IMG/VR virus record: IMGVR_UViG_3300043608_000005
Span: 1 to 43,039 of that record
DNA: 43,039 nucleotides
Source: a virus
Taxonomy: Duplodnaviria > Caudoviricetes
Strand: one strand, 5' to 3'
Below the pieces are notes generated by a model. That model worked only from the letters and a program-made list of their open reading frames with translations, did no database searches and had not been told where the DNA came from. Positions 42,713 to 43,039 of this stretch are shown here, one piece after another. How positions within the stretch are numbered: the stretch's first letter is position 1; each line of letters starts with the position of its first letter. The position numbers and the translations under genes are program-made.

Positions 42713-43039
42713 TGGCATGCACCCACGATGCGATCCGCGAGCTGTCCACGGAAGCGTATACCGGGCCGGTCGGGCGTGACGAAAACCGCGCTGCGCACGG
42801 CTGCGTTTGTGTGCACGAGGAGTGCGCGCGTTGCGGCGCTCGACGGCGCCGCAACGTCAACCAAACCCACGAGGAGACCGGGGATTGGGGCTCTACGCGC
42901 AGCGAACGCGATGCGCAGGCGCGCGCGGCCGAACGTGTGGCGAGCGAGATCGCCGCACGCCGTCCCGCGCCGCTGACTCTCAGCCACCCGAGCGGTCGAC
43001 GCGCTCGGGTGCACGACGACCACGCTGGGTACCTCGTGG
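42712..43039 (+). CDS. 5' part of Cys/His-rich hypothetical protein continuing at position 1
   Basis: TGATG coupling; MACTH...ENRAAHGCVCVHEECARCG; open to the window end. Confidence 0.65.
   Translation, partial: MACTHDAIRELSTEAYTGPVGRDENRAAHGCVCVHEECARCGARRRRNVNQTHEETGDWGSTRSERDAQARAAERVASEIAARRPAPLTLSHPSGRRARVHDDHAGYLV

Overview
The window looks like one complete, circularly closed temperate tailed-phage genome. A reading frame opening at 42712 runs in frame across the 43039/1 junction. It is GC-rich (roughly two-thirds by eye, not computed). Modules: (i) leftward cro / replication initiator / RusA-like / DNA methyltransferase arm (3650->286); (ii) CI-like repressor plus a Cys-rich lipoprotein; (iii) rightward early arm with Bet-like recombinase, Gly-Tyr repeat protein, Gp157-like protein, HNH, Xis-like HTH and tyrosine integrase, followed by an attP holding the 3' half of a tRNA-Val(TAC); (iv) a self-contained six-gene cassette of five membrane proteins plus an RHH regulator behind a perfect 15-bp inverted repeat (11316-13078); (v) a ~28-kb leftward late operon of podovirus type (terminase, portal, scaffold, capsid, tail tubular A/B, internal virion proteins, GH26 glycanase, LamG fibres, TIGR02594-type endolysin, holin); (vi) a rightward cluster of small accessory genes (41345->320). 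A myxobacterial host is plausible but is inference only. The most notable signals are a perfect chromosomal-type parS site at the very start of the late operon in a phage with no parA/parB, a ParB/Srx-like domain inside an internal virion protein, the membrane-protein cassette, a structured ~200-nt leader before the capsid gene, and an in-frame TAG splitting the tail tubular B gene. All product calls come from motif recognition and gene order, not from database searches.
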